Source: Clostridia bacterium
GTDB lineage: Bacteria; Bacillota; Clostridia; Christensenellales; UBA3700
Direction: 5' to 3'
Length of the DNA stretch: 64,000 nt
NCBI GenBank assembly: GCA_029061605.1
Contig: JAIDRT010000045.1
Span: 808 to 64,807 of the forward strand
How positions within the stretch are numbered: position 1 is the stretch's first letter; each line of letters starts with the position of its first letter. Positions 52,502 to 62,277 of the stretch are shown piece after piece. The translations under genes were made by a program, and so were the position numbers. The notes below the pieces were generated by a model, which saw nothing but the letters and a program-made list of their open reading frames with translations, searched no databases and was not told the DNA's origin.

Positions 52502-55500
52502 ATGATAGAATTGATTTTGACGAATACTCTCAACTCAAATCCAATACTTGACAAACTCAAAAGTAAACTTGGAGCGGGCAAAAAACATATACTTTTCGTA
52601 CCTGATAGATTTTCGCTTTCTTATCAAAAAGCCACGCTTGAGCATTTGAATATCAAGGGAACTTTTGATATCGAAGTATCGTCTTTTCCGCGTCTTGCCA
52701 ACAAATTGTTGCAAAACAAAAAACGGCTTTTGGACAAGCAGTCGGAGATAATGTTGTTACGCAAAGTTATCGAAGAGAGCAAGGACGAATTGCTGTCTTT
52801 TGGCAAGATGGGCAGAAGCGCGGATTTTGCCAACGATATGTACGCCGTGATTTCGCAGATACGCAACAGTAATATATCCGTTGAGCAAATGCAAGACGCC
52901 GTGGACGGACTTCCAAAGCGAATTGCCAACAAGACTAAAGATATCATCAGGATATATCACGATTACGTGCAGTATATTCAAGAGGATTATTCCGACGGCA
53001 CGAGCAAACTTCAGGCGCTTTGCGATTTGATTTATAAGGGCGCGCTCAACGATTACGAGGTATACATATCTGATTTTACGTCGTTTTCCAATATAGAATA
53101 CGACATTATCAAAGCCATTATGGTCAATGCGCTCAATACGCATATATGTCTTGTCGACAGCGACGGCGAAAATTCGCAAGTATTTCCGACTGACGTAAAA
53201 AAACGGCTTTTTTCACTGGCAAGCGAAGTCGGCGTAACTATGGATATATCTTATTCTCGAGAAAAATTGATTGGCGATGCCGAGATAATATTCAAGGGAC
53301 TTTATTCCTACGGCAAAGTCGACGGCGTAAGAGACGGCAGGACTAGGATACTTGCTTGCAAGAGTATATCCGACGAGATCAAGTCTTTGGCAAGGACTAT
53401 CAATTATCTTGTCAGACGACAGGGCGCAAGGTATAGGGATATGGCAATCGTGTGTTGTGATTTTGCAACATACGCGCCGTATATCAACAGTATTTTCAAG
53501 GCTTTTGACATACCGTTTTACGCAGATATCAAGCAACAACTTTCCTCGCAAGCGTTGACTAAGTTGGTCGCCTCGGCAATCAGGACGGTGGGCGAGAAGT
53601 TTTCTCAATCAAGCGTTTTGGAATTTGCAAAACAACCGATACTCGGACTTGATTTTGACGAAGTTTGCATATTTGACAACTATTGTTGCAAATACGGTGT
53701 GGAGTATACGAGATTTCTATCTCCTTTTAACATAGGAGTCGGAGATTGCAAAGATATTGCCGAAAGAATAAGAATAAAAATAATGGAGTTGCTCGCGCCG
53801 TTAGATTTGAGCGGAAAATATATCAAAGATCATATTAGGGCGGTCAGAGAATTTTTGCAGAACTCTCAAGCGTCAACGCTTGTGGAAAATCTTGCCAAGT
53901 GGCAGGAACAAAACGGTTTTGGTGAATTGGCAGGAATTACTTTGCAATCGCAGGACAAACTCAACTCGATATTCGACAAGTGCGAAAGTATGCTGGGAGG
54001 CAATATAGCCGACTGGGAAGAATTTTACGGAATTATTATGACGGCGGTCGAGTCTGTTGAGATGTCCAACATTCCGCTATATAGCGATTGCGTTTTTATA
54101 GGCGAGACAAGTCAAAATAGATATGCCGGCATTGATTATATGTTTGTTATCGGCGCCGTTGCAGGCAAGTTTCCGCCTGAGCACAGCGATACCGGCATTG
54201 TATCAGAAAGAGAGTACTACGCTTGGAGTAAGATGAATATCAACGTTGAGCCAGATTGCAGACGGCGCAACAGCAAAGAAAGATTATCTACGCTTATGCT
54301 TTTGACGAGGGCAAGGAAGATGCTAGTAGTCAGTTATCCTACCGCGTCGGCAAACGGCGAAGAACTTACGCCAAGTTCGACGGTGGAATATCTTCAAGAT
54401 CTTTTGGGTATTTTGCCAAGCGGAGAGCAAGCCCCTGACGGCGGATGGGATAGGGCGGCATTTATTGACTATGTATCTTCGCAGGACAATATATTGCAGG
54501 AGTTTTTGTCATTGCAAACTCTTGCAAAAGATCACGCCGTAAACGTGAGCGATACGCTGGAGGATATTTTGGATATCCTATATACGCTTTGCGGTCAAAG
54601 ATATGGGCAGAGTTACGTGGATTTTCTTATAGGCGAGAGAAGTGACGAAGTTCAACTTGAAGGTATGGGGAACGCTATGTTCAACGGCTCGCGCACTTCT
54701 GTGTCACAGTTTGAAAAGTATTTCAATTGTCCGTTTTTACACTTCAACGCAAACGTGCTCAAACTTCAGCGCAAAGAGATCGCTGGACTTGAGGTCAAAG
54801 ATACCGGTATTTTGCTTCACGCCGTTATGGAGCAATATTTTTCTATTGAGGATTGCGCTGACAAGAGCGAGCAGGAAATCCAAAATATCGTGCCTAAGTT
54901 GTTTTTGAGCGCAGTGGAAAGCAAAAATAATTATGCATTTTTGTTGGACAGTAAGAAAAATGCGCTCACACTTCAACAACTGATAAATCAATCAATTTAC
55001 GTCGTCAAAAACCTTGTGGCTAATATGCAAGTTACCAAGTTTCGCCCTTACAAACTCGAAGCGGCGTTCGGCAGACGTCAAGACGCGATTTTGCCGGGAA
55101 TGGAGATTTCCAGCGGTGTTCGCAATTTGAGTTTTGAAGGCGTGATAGACAGAATCGACACTTGCCAAGACAAGGCTATTATTGTAGACTATAAGTCAAA
55201 GAGCGACATACAGTTTGCTCCGTCAAATATATTTTACGGTGACAGGATCCAACTCTTTGTATATCTCAATGCTTTGCGCGCAAGCGGTAATATTACGCCG
55301 CAAGGCGTGTTCTATCTTTTGATGAACAACAGATTTGTCAAAAAAGAAGACGAGGCAAAGAGATTTATATTTCACGGATTTGTCAACAAAGACGACGTAT
55401 TTGATTTGGATAAAGGCTTTGCTCAAAACGCTGATTTCAAGAGCGGAGTTTATCCCATCAAAAGCAAAACCAATAAAGACGGCGAAGTTATATATTCTTC

Positions 55501-55852
55501 GCAAGCGAAACTAGGGCACGTGATGTCAAGCAAGAGTTTTGACGACGCTTGCGACTACGTGATGAAGTTGACTAGCAAGGCGGCAAAGGAGATTGAGGAC
55601 GGATATATTGCAAAATCTCCTTTGAATATCAAGGGCGAAGAGCAGCCGGGCACGTGCAAATATTGCGATTATAAGGATTTGTGCGCTCGCTCTAAAGTAT
55701 ACGAAAGAAGCGTCAAAGACATCTCTCAGCAAGAGTTTGAAAGTCTTATCGGAGACGAACCGCAAGATATAAATTTGCAGAATATTGCCGGCGCTAGTTC
55801 AGGCGAGGTCTTATGTAAAGAGGATTTGAGTTTGCCAAAGGAGGAGAAGTGA
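52502..55852 (+). CDS. addB: AddB/RexB-like nuclease subunit
   Basis: FVPDRFS, SFPRLA, C-terminal G.IDRID..IVDYKS, QL..Y, Fe-S cysteines (CPF; CKYCDYKDLC); upstream of addA. Confidence 0.85.
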   Translation: MIELILTNTLNSNPILDKLKSKLGAGKKHILFVPDRFSLSYQKATLEHLNIKGTFDIEVSSFPRLANKLLQNKKRLLDKQSEIMLLRKVIEESKDELLSFGKMGRSADFANDMYAVISQIRNSNISVEQMQDAVDGLPKRIANKTKDIIRIYHDYVQYIQEDYSDGTSKLQALCDLIYKGALNDYEVYISDFTSFSNIEYDIIKAIMVNALNTHICLVDSDGENSQVFPTDVKKRLFSLASEVGVTMDISYSREKLIGDAEIIFKGLYSYGKVDGVRDGRTRILACKSISDEIKSLARTINYLVRRQGARYRDMAIVCCDFATYAPYINSIFKAFDIPFYADIKQQLSSQALTKLVASAIRTVGEKFSQSSVLEFAKQPILGLDFDEVCIFDNYCCKYGVEYTRFLSPFNIGVGDCKDIAERIRIKIMELLAPLDLSGKYIKDHIRAVREFLQNSQASTLVENLAKWQEQNGFGELAGITLQSQDKLNSIFDKCESMLGGNIADWEEFYGIIMTAVESVEMSNIPLYSDCVFIGETSQNRYAGIDYMFVIGAVAGKFPPEHSDTGIVSEREYYAWSKMNINVEPDCRRRNSKERLSTLMLLTRARKMLVVSYPTASANGEELTPSSTVEYLQDLLGILPSGEQAPDGGWDRAAFIDYVSSQDNILQEFLSLQTLAKDHAVNVSDTLEDILDILYTLCGQRYGQSYVDFLIGERSDEVQLEGMGNAMFNGSRTSVSQFEKYFNCPFLHFNANVLKLQRKEIAGLEVKDTGILLHAVMEQYFSIEDCADKSEQEIQNIVPKLFLSAVESKNNYAFLLDSKKNALTLQQLINQSIYVVKNLVANMQVTKFRPYKLEAAFGRRQDAILPGMEISSGVRNLSFEGVIDRIDTCQDKAIIVDYKSKSDIQFAPSNIFYGDRIQLFVYLNALRASGNITPQGVFYLLMNNRFVKKEDEAKRFIFHGFVNKDDVFDLDKGFAQNADFKSGVYPIKSKTNKDGEVIYSSQAKLGHVMSSKSFDDACDYVMKLTSKAAKEIEDGYIAKSPLNIKGEEQPGTCKYCDYKDLCARSKVYERSVKDISQQEFESLIGDEPQDINLQNIAGASSGEVLCKEDLSLPKEEK

Positions 55853-58800
55853 GTATGGGCGCTATCAATTGGACAAAAGAACAACTTGACGTAATCAACA
55901 GCGTCAACGTCAATACTCTCGTTTCGGCGTCTGCGGGAAGCGGAAAGACGGCAGTTATGCTTGAGAGGGTCGTCAGACTTATCACAGGTGAAAACGGCAA
56001 TTGCAAAACTCCTTTGCGAAGAATAATTATGGTAACTTTCAACGAGTCTGTGGCAAGCGAACTCAAGAGTAAAATCGGCTCTCGACTTGCAAAAAGACTG
56101 CTAGAAAGCCAGGATAAAGAATATTTGCGCGAGCAGATAGAGGACGCGCCGCTTGCGGATATATCCACAATGCACTCTTTGTGCTCGACGATAATCAAAA
56201 ACAACTTTGAGTATCTTGGTATTCAGCCGTCGTTTTCTATAGTCGACGACAACGAAAAACAAGTGCTTTTCGGCAAAGCGGTTGCCAACGTTATGAAAGA
56301 GTATAGGGAAAATTACGATTATCAAATAGATATACTCATCAACTATCTTGGCGGAGAAGACAGGTTTTGCGATACGCTTGCAAAACTTTACAGTTTCTTA
56401 GAAGCGCAACTTGACAGAGAAGCCTATCTTGAAGAAGTGGCGTTTGCCTGCTATGACGGAGATTTTAAGAAGAGCAAACTTGCAAAACTGTATCTCGCGG
56501 ATATTCACAAAGATTGTTTTGATTTGCTACATCAGGCGCAGGAGTGGCAAATGCTTTTTGAGAGCAAAGGATTATTCAAACACTTTGACCATATTCAATC
56601 CATAATTGATTTTTTGAATAAATTATTGGAGACAAAGGATATTGCAGACCTTGCCGAGGTAGTTAGATTTGCTCCAAAGTTTGCCAACGTGCCGCCTCTT
56701 TCTAAAGCGCAAAAGGACGACAATATTGAACATCAGGAGAATTATAAGGCGTATAAGGCAGAAGTGACTGCTTTGCTGGACAAACAACTCAAAGCGTTGT
56801 TTCCTTTGCCGTACGCTCAAATGCAAGAAGATCTCAATAAAAACAAAGAGTATCTCGTCAGGCTTGTGAATATATTGAAAAAGGTTTGCGCAGAATATTC
56901 CTCTTTAAAGCAAAAAGACAACAAAATGGATTTTGCCGACCTTGAGTATTACGCTGTCAAGGTTATGCAAAACGACGCTTTGGCAAGCGAGTTGGCGTCA
57001 AACTACGACTATATCTGCGTAGACGAATATCAAGATATCAACGCCGTCCAAGAATATATATTGACAAGACTTTCAAGCGGCAAGAACTTGTTTATGGTGG
57101 GCGATATCAAGCAGAGTATCTATCAATTCAGAATGACAGACCCTAGGATATTTTTGGATAAATACCGTCTGTATAAACAAAGACCGCAACAGGGCAATTC
57201 TTTTTCTCTCAACAGCAATTTCCGATCTTGTAAGGAAGTCATAGATTTTGTCAACGCTATTTTCGACGTGATAATGAAAGAAGATATGGGCGGTATAGAC
57301 TACAAAAAAGAGAGCAGACTTTTGCAAGGCAATCTAGATTATGACGTTCAGTCTGAGACTGCTATTCGCATTGCGCATTTTTCCAAGGAGATCAAGCAAT
57401 TGGATATACCTGTTTCGCAAGACGGAGTTTACAGCGTAATGCAGGACGCGCAGGAAGCCAAATCTTTTTCCTGTCAAGAAGGCAAATACATAGCCAAGCA
57501 AATCAAGTCGCTTGTTGGGAAAAAACAAATACAGGTTTCGTCCGCTGACGGCGCAATGACGTATCGTACGATCAGATACTCTGATATAGCGTTGCTGTGC
57601 GCAACCAGAAACTCCAACGTTGAGAGTATCGTCGGAGAGTTAAAGACGGCAGGTATACCTGTCGACGGAGGCAAGATACTCAAAGAAAAAAACAATACTT
57701 GCGTAAGTCTTTTTACTTCGTTCTTAAGAGTGCTAGACAATCACCGCCAAGACATACCGTTGGCAGAGGTTTTGACGAGCAAGGTTTTTGCAAATTTCAC
57801 ATATGGAGATTTGACAAAAATCAAGATGCGCGCAGGCAAAGTCGACTTTTTCCACGAGGCAGTGGACAAGTATGTCAAAGAGCAAGACGACGGTTTGGCA
57901 ACGCAACTGAAGTTGTTTTTTGAGATAATTGCCAAGTATCGCGCGATTGCGTCCTTTATGAAGATTGATTGGCTTCTTCGCAAGATAATAGAAGATTTTA
58001 ATTTTCGCGCGTATATGACAGCCGTTGAGGACGGAGCAAGCGAATTGGCGGGGCTTGAGAGTTTTATTCAATCATTGTCAGGCAAGCCTTATAATAATAG
58101 CCTGTCAAAGTTTGTTGAAGCAGTCGACGCGAGCGCAGACTTTGGCAAAGTGTCAGGCGAAGTTGGATTTGAGGGAGATTGCGTAGTCACCAATACTATT
58201 CACAGCAGTAAGGGATTGGAGTATCCAATCGTATTTATTATTGACGCTGCCAGAGAACTAAGTCTAATTGAACTCAACCGTTCCAATATCATATACGACA
58301 AGACTTACGGTTTTGCAATCAAGAGCGTAGAGGAACAAGACAGATTTTATGAAGACAGTCTTCCGTTTCGCATAATGAAAAAATTCAAAGTCAAAGATTT
58401 GATAGAGGAGAAGATGAGGCTCTTTTACGTCGCAACGACTAGAGCGAGAAATATGTTGTATATTACTGCGACCGGCGGACTTGGCAAAAGCAGAGGAGAA
58501 AATAAGAAGCCTTTTGGACAAGAGAGAATCAAGACGCCTTTGAGTATGATTGATTGGCTCAACAACGTCGCGGTGGAATGTCCTGCGTTTTACCAAAAAT
58601 ATTTTGACGTTGACGCAGAGCAGGAAGATATGCAAGATATCGCGCAAGGCGAGAGTGTTCGCAAAAGGCAGTTAATTGACATTGGCAATGCCAATGCGTT
58701 TGCAAATGACCTTCAAAAGAATTACGCATTTGAGCCGTCGACGACTTTGCTTGTCAAGCATACCGTAACTGCAGTCAATAACGAGTATTATAATAAGTTG

Positions 58801-59391
58801 TCGGGTAGTTTTGCTAAGGATGACGTCGCAGAGATTTTTGACGCTTTTAAAGACGGAGACTTTTCTGACGAAGAAGTGGCGGACAAGCGCAATAGCGCTG
58901 ACGAAGGCGTGGCTTATCACAGAGTGTTGGAGTGCATAGACTATGCTTGCTTCACGCAAGACGACGTAATAGTTCAACTTGACGCAATGGTTGAGCAAGG
59001 ACTTTTAAGTCAAGATCAAAGAGCCCTTATAGATCCTATATCTATTCTAGAGTGCCTTCAAAGCGAGGTTATGCAACAGGCTAGAACGTATCCGCATCAC
59101 AGAGAAAAACAATTTATGCTCAATCTGCCAGCCTGCGAGTTCTTGAATATTGACAGTGACGATAAGGTGTTGTTGCAAGGCACGGTTGACTTGTTTATTC
59201 AAGGCGGCGGAAAGGGCGGCGAAAATATCTTGGTAGATTTCAAGTTTTCGCGCAAGAGTGAAGAGCAAGTTAAAAAGAGATACCAAAGACAACTTGAGTT
59301 ATACGCAATGGCAATAGAAGAGTGCTTGGGGATTAAGGTGGATAAAAAAGTTATATTTATGCTTGGAAAAAACAAGACTATCATACTTTAA
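55849..59391 (+). CDS. addA: AddA/RexA helicase-nuclease
   Basis: VSASAGSGKT, VDEYQD, VGDIKQSIYQFR, TIHSSKGLEY, YVATTRA, QGTVD..VDFK. Confidence 0.93.
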   Translation: MSMGAINWTKEQLDVINSVNVNTLVSASAGSGKTAVMLERVVRLITGENGNCKTPLRRIIMVTFNESVASELKSKIGSRLAKRLLESQDKEYLREQIEDAPLADISTMHSLCSTIIKNNFEYLGIQPSFSIVDDNEKQVLFGKAVANVMKEYRENYDYQIDILINYLGGEDRFCDTLAKLYSFLEAQLDREAYLEEVAFACYDGDFKKSKLAKLYLADIHKDCFDLLHQAQEWQMLFESKGLFKHFDHIQSIIDFLNKLLETKDIADLAEVVRFAPKFANVPPLSKAQKDDNIEHQENYKAYKAEVTALLDKQLKALFPLPYAQMQEDLNKNKEYLVRLVNILKKVCAEYSSLKQKDNKMDFADLEYYAVKVMQNDALASELASNYDYICVDEYQDINAVQEYILTRLSSGKNLFMVGDIKQSIYQFRMTDPRIFLDKYRLYKQRPQQGNSFSLNSNFRSCKEVIDFVNAIFDVIMKEDMGGIDYKKESRLLQGNLDYDVQSETAIRIAHFSKEIKQLDIPVSQDGVYSVMQDAQEAKSFSCQEGKYIAKQIKSLVGKKQIQVSSADGAMTYRTIRYSDIALLCATRNSNVESIVGELKTAGIPVDGGKILKEKNNTCVSLFTSFLRVLDNHRQDIPLAEVLTSKVFANFTYGDLTKIKMRAGKVDFFHEAVDKYVKEQDDGLATQLKLFFEIIAKYRAIASFMKIDWLLRKIIEDFNFRAYMTAVEDGASELAGLESFIQSLSGKPYNNSLSKFVEAVDASADFGKVSGEVGFEGDCVVTNTIHSSKGLEYPIVFIIDAARELSLIELNRSNIIYDKTYGFAIKSVEEQDRFYEDSLPFRIMKKFKVKDLIEEKMRLFYVATTRARNMLYITATGGLGKSRGENKKPFGQERIKTPLSMIDWLNNVAVECPAFYQKYFDVDAEQEDMQDIAQGESVRKRQLIDIGNANAFANDLQKNYAFEPSTTLLVKHTVTAVNNEYYNKLSGSFAKDDVAEIFDAFKDGDFSDEEVADKRNSADEGVAYHRVLECIDYACFTQDDVIVQLDAMVEQGLLSQDQRALIDPISILECLQSEVMQQARTYPHHREKQFMLNLPACEFLNIDSDDKVLLQGTVDLFIQGGGKGGENILVDFKFSRKSEEQVKKRYQRQLELYAMAIEECLGIKVDKKVIFMLGKNKTIIL

Positions 59392-59462
59392 ATAACGAGC
59401 GTAGATATAGAATATTGATAATATATCTGACACTATTATCTATTCTATATTATTTATAATCT

Positions 59463-59590
59463 TGTCATTTCAACCCAAGCAAAGCGAAGTGGAGAAATCT
59501 CCACCTATTTAATAAACGGATAGAGACCTCTCGACTATGCTCGAGGTGACATAAAATAAATTGTCATTACGACTGAAGTGGAGAAAACTC
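59463..59590 (+). repeat. REP-like palindromic element (one full unit plus a second 5' arm)
   Basis: TGTCATTTC..GAAGTGGAGAAATCTC paired with GAGACCTCTCGAC..TCGAGGTGACA, followed by TGTCATTACGACTGAAGTGGAGAAAACTC. Confidence 0.75.
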
Positions 59591-59684
59591 AATCAGGTAA
59601 TTTAGTTTTAGCCGTATAAAATTATTGTTTATGTCAACTATTAAGATAGCAATGGTCGTACATATTATTTTGGAGGCTAAAATT

Positions 59685-60482
59685 TTGCTATCATTTATTT
59701 CAGACACCTATTCTAAGTTTCAAGCATTTATGGCAAGTTGGAAGGTTTGGCAGATAGCGGCGTTTGCTGTTGCGGTGCCAGTTATCGTGTTGCTAGTTCA
59801 AATGCTTATCTATTCGGCAGAGCGCGTATATGCAAAGGCGTACCCAAGGCTCAAGAGATTTTTAAAAACTCATTCCTACTTGGCGCCAAGCACTGTATTT
59901 TCATTCAACAAAAAAGTCGTCAAGGTATTTCCGGGATATATCAAGAGACAAGCCAAGCACATTGCCGACACCTCAATGCCTATGGAAGAGTACATCAACA
60001 CTTTTCATTTCTGCGCCCAACCCAAGAAAAAAAGTATTGTCGGCGGAGCGGCTCTTGCGCATATAGTATTATTGGGCATTATAGTTGCAATGAACGGATA
60101 TTCTGTGGGTATAGTATCGACTGCTATATTGGCTACGTTTGCTTTATGGCTCATAATAATTGCTCTTGACTGTGTGGCGTCAAAACTTTTGTCATTTGTT
60201 GACAGAAGATATAAGAAAAAGTTTCTTATCAAACTTGATTCCAATACCCTTTATCAAGAGAAGAGCGTTGACCTCACCTTGCCAAAAGTAGAAGTCGCTG
60301 AGGATAGCGCTATGCAACTTGCAAAAAGTGTTGAAGATTTTTTGGCAAGCCAGCCAGATAAGAGTATTGCTAAGGTAGTTCTCAAAGGACTTTACAGTGC
60401 AAAATTCTCTTCTGCAATGACGGCGCAGAGCAAATTGCGACTTAAAAATGTCTTTACGGACCTAAAAAATTACGTTGGATAG
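59685..60482 (+). CDS. Hypothetical membrane protein (about 3 TM)
   Basis: Long ORF with hydrophobic segments; TTG start chosen from SD GGAGG at 59672. Confidence 0.65.
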   Translation: MLSFISDTYSKFQAFMASWKVWQIAAFAVAVPVIVLLVQMLIYSAERVYAKAYPRLKRFLKTHSYLAPSTVFSFNKKVVKVFPGYIKRQAKHIADTSMPMEEYINTFHFCAQPKKKSIVGGAALAHIVLLGIIVAMNGYSVGIVSTAILATFALWLIIIALDCVASKLLSFVDRRYKKKFLIKLDSNTLYQEKSVDLTLPKVEVAEDSAMQLAKSVEDFLASQPDKSIAKVVLKGLYSAKFSSAMTAQSKLRLKNVFTDLKNYVG

Positions 60483-60595
60483 GTTGCCAAACGGTTTTCA
60501 ATAATGTAAAATGTAATAGTTGAAACATCTTTTGAGATTTACTAACGTTGCGTCGCGCGATAGACGCTTTAACTTATGACGAGGAGGTATGGCTT

Positions 60596-61573
60596 ATGAT
60601 AGAAATTTACAAGACTGATGCGGAGAATAGGCTCATACAGATTGAAGAAAGCGTTTATATGGAGAGCGGTTTTGATACCAAGGACTGTTGGATAAATCTC
60701 ACCAACCCTTCTGACAAAGAAGTTGAATTCGTTGCGTCAATCAGCGGAGTTGAAGACGACGTGCTTAAGACGCCTCTTGATGACGAAGAAAGATCCAGAC
60801 TTGAAGTAGAAGACGACTACACTTTGGTGCTTGTCGACATACCTGTGATTGAAGAGGGAACAGAGGATTATTATTCATATTTTACCATACCGCTCGGCGC
60901 AATAATTAAAAAAGATTTATTTATTACCGTCAGCCTAAAAGATACGGCAATTACCCGAGACTTTATTCGCAATAGAGTCAAGGGCTTTGCTACATACAAG
61001 AAGACGAGATTTTTGTTCCAGATTCTCAACAATATCGCGACAAAATACTTGGCTTACCTCAAGCAAATAGACAAGGCGTCGCAGAGAATTCAAAATGAGT
61101 TGCACAAGTCAACGAAGAATAAAGAACTTATTCAGATGCTTGACCTTGAGAATTCTCTTGTATATTTTTCCACGTCTCTTACAGGCAACGACGTCGTAAT
61201 ATCCAGACTTATGCAGAGCAAGTTCAATACCAATAATATATTGAAGAGTTATCCCGACGATACCGAACTTCTTGAAGACGTTGCGATTGATACTAAGCAG
61301 GCTATGGAAATGTGTTCTATCTACCGTGATATTTTGTCTGGCACTATGGACGCTTACGCTTCAGTTATATCCAACAACCTTAACATCGTTATGAAAGTCT
61401 TGACATCAATTACTCTTGTCATATCTATTCCTACTTTGATAGCGTCATTGTTTGGTATGAACACTTGGGTGCCTGGACAGGGATCTCCTTGGGGCTTCTG
61501 GGGAGTATTGGGCTCTTCGGGTATACTGTCTCTGGCTTTGGCTTTGTATCTCAAGAAAAAGAAACTGTTGTAA
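60596..61573 (+). CDS. corA: CorA family Mg2+ transporter
   Basis: WINL, LDDEERSR, ISNNLN.VMK.LT, GMN signature, 2 C-terminal TM helices; SD GAGGAGG. Confidence 0.93.
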   Translation: MIEIYKTDAENRLIQIEESVYMESGFDTKDCWINLTNPSDKEVEFVASISGVEDDVLKTPLDDEERSRLEVEDDYTLVLVDIPVIEEGTEDYYSYFTIPLGAIIKKDLFITVSLKDTAITRDFIRNRVKGFATYKKTRFLFQILNNIATKYLAYLKQIDKASQRIQNELHKSTKNKELIQMLDLENSLVYFSTSLTGNDVVISRLMQSKFNTNNILKSYPDDTELLEDVAIDTKQAMEMCSIYRDILSGTMDAYASVISNNLNIVMKVLTSITLVISIPTLIASLFGMNTWVPGQGSPWGFWGVLGSSGILSLALALYLKKKKLL

Positions 61574-61585
61574 TATAAAATATAA

Positions 61586-61632
61586 TGTCATTTCGACTTA
61601 TCAGATTGAGCGAAGCAAAGTCGAATTTATCT
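61586..61632 (+). repeat. Degenerate copy of the GTCATTTCGAC..GAGCGAAG repeat
   Basis: TGTCATTTCGAC and TTGAGCGAAGCAAAGTCGA resemble the 36062 and 59463 copies. Confidence 0.55.
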
Positions 61633-61652
61633 AATGTAAAATAATCAATAAC

Positions 61653-61684
61653 TTAGACGGCGTATCGCAGATACTCCGTTTTAA
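61653..61684 (+). terminator. Probable corA terminator
   Basis: ACGGCGTATC/GATACTCCGT followed by TTT. Confidence 0.55.
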
Positions 61685-61744
61685 TATAACTGCTTGTATC
61701 ACAAGCAATATAACTTATTCACGTTGTGATCGTTAGGAGGACTT

Positions 61745-62251
61745 GTGCGTTTTACTTACTGTCCCGACTGCGGGGAGAAACTTATAGACAAACTTATTGG
61801 CGACGAGGGGTATATACCTTATTGCAAAGGGTGTAAAAGACCTCTGTTTGATATGTTTTCTTCGTGCGTAATAATATTGGTGACAAATGATGACGGACAA
61901 GTCGTCGTACTTCGTCAGAATTATATCTCTACTCAATATTATAATCTTGTGTCAGGCTATATCAAGCCAAAGGAGACTGCCGAAGAGACGGCGTACAGAG
62001 AAGTGCAAGAAGAGATTGGAGTCAAACTTTCTTCACTTGATTTTGTAGGCACTTACTGGTTTGACAAAAAAGATATGCTTATGATCGCATTTATCGGCAA
62101 GACAGACGAGCGAGAATTGACGCTTTCGGGCGAAGTTGACGACGCAAAATGGATGGATGCAAAGCAAGCGCTAAATATGGTCCATCCCAAGGGTAGCGTG
62201 TCTTACACTTTAATTGAACATTATCTTAATAAATCAAAAACTAATTTATAA
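61745..62251 (+). CDS. NUDIX hydrolase with Zn ribbon (NudC-like)
   Basis: YCPDCG..CKGC; Nudix box GYIKPKETAEETAYREVQEEIG; GTG start with SD AGGAGG. Confidence 0.88.
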   Translation: MRFTYCPDCGEKLIDKLIGDEGYIPYCKGCKRPLFDMFSSCVIILVTNDDGQVVVLRQNYISTQYYNLVSGYIKPKETAEETAYREVQEEIGVKLSSLDFVGTYWFDKKDMLMIAFIGKTDERELTLSGEVDDAKWMDAKQALNMVHPKGSVSYTLIEHYLNKSKTNL

Positions 62252-62277
62252 TGAGCGATACAAATATTGCTTTTTTT

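Noticed and set aside
59463-59590. Repeated TGTCATT units considered as a CRISPR array
   Set aside because: Only two degenerate units in a palindromic arrangement, no regular spacers and no cas genes.
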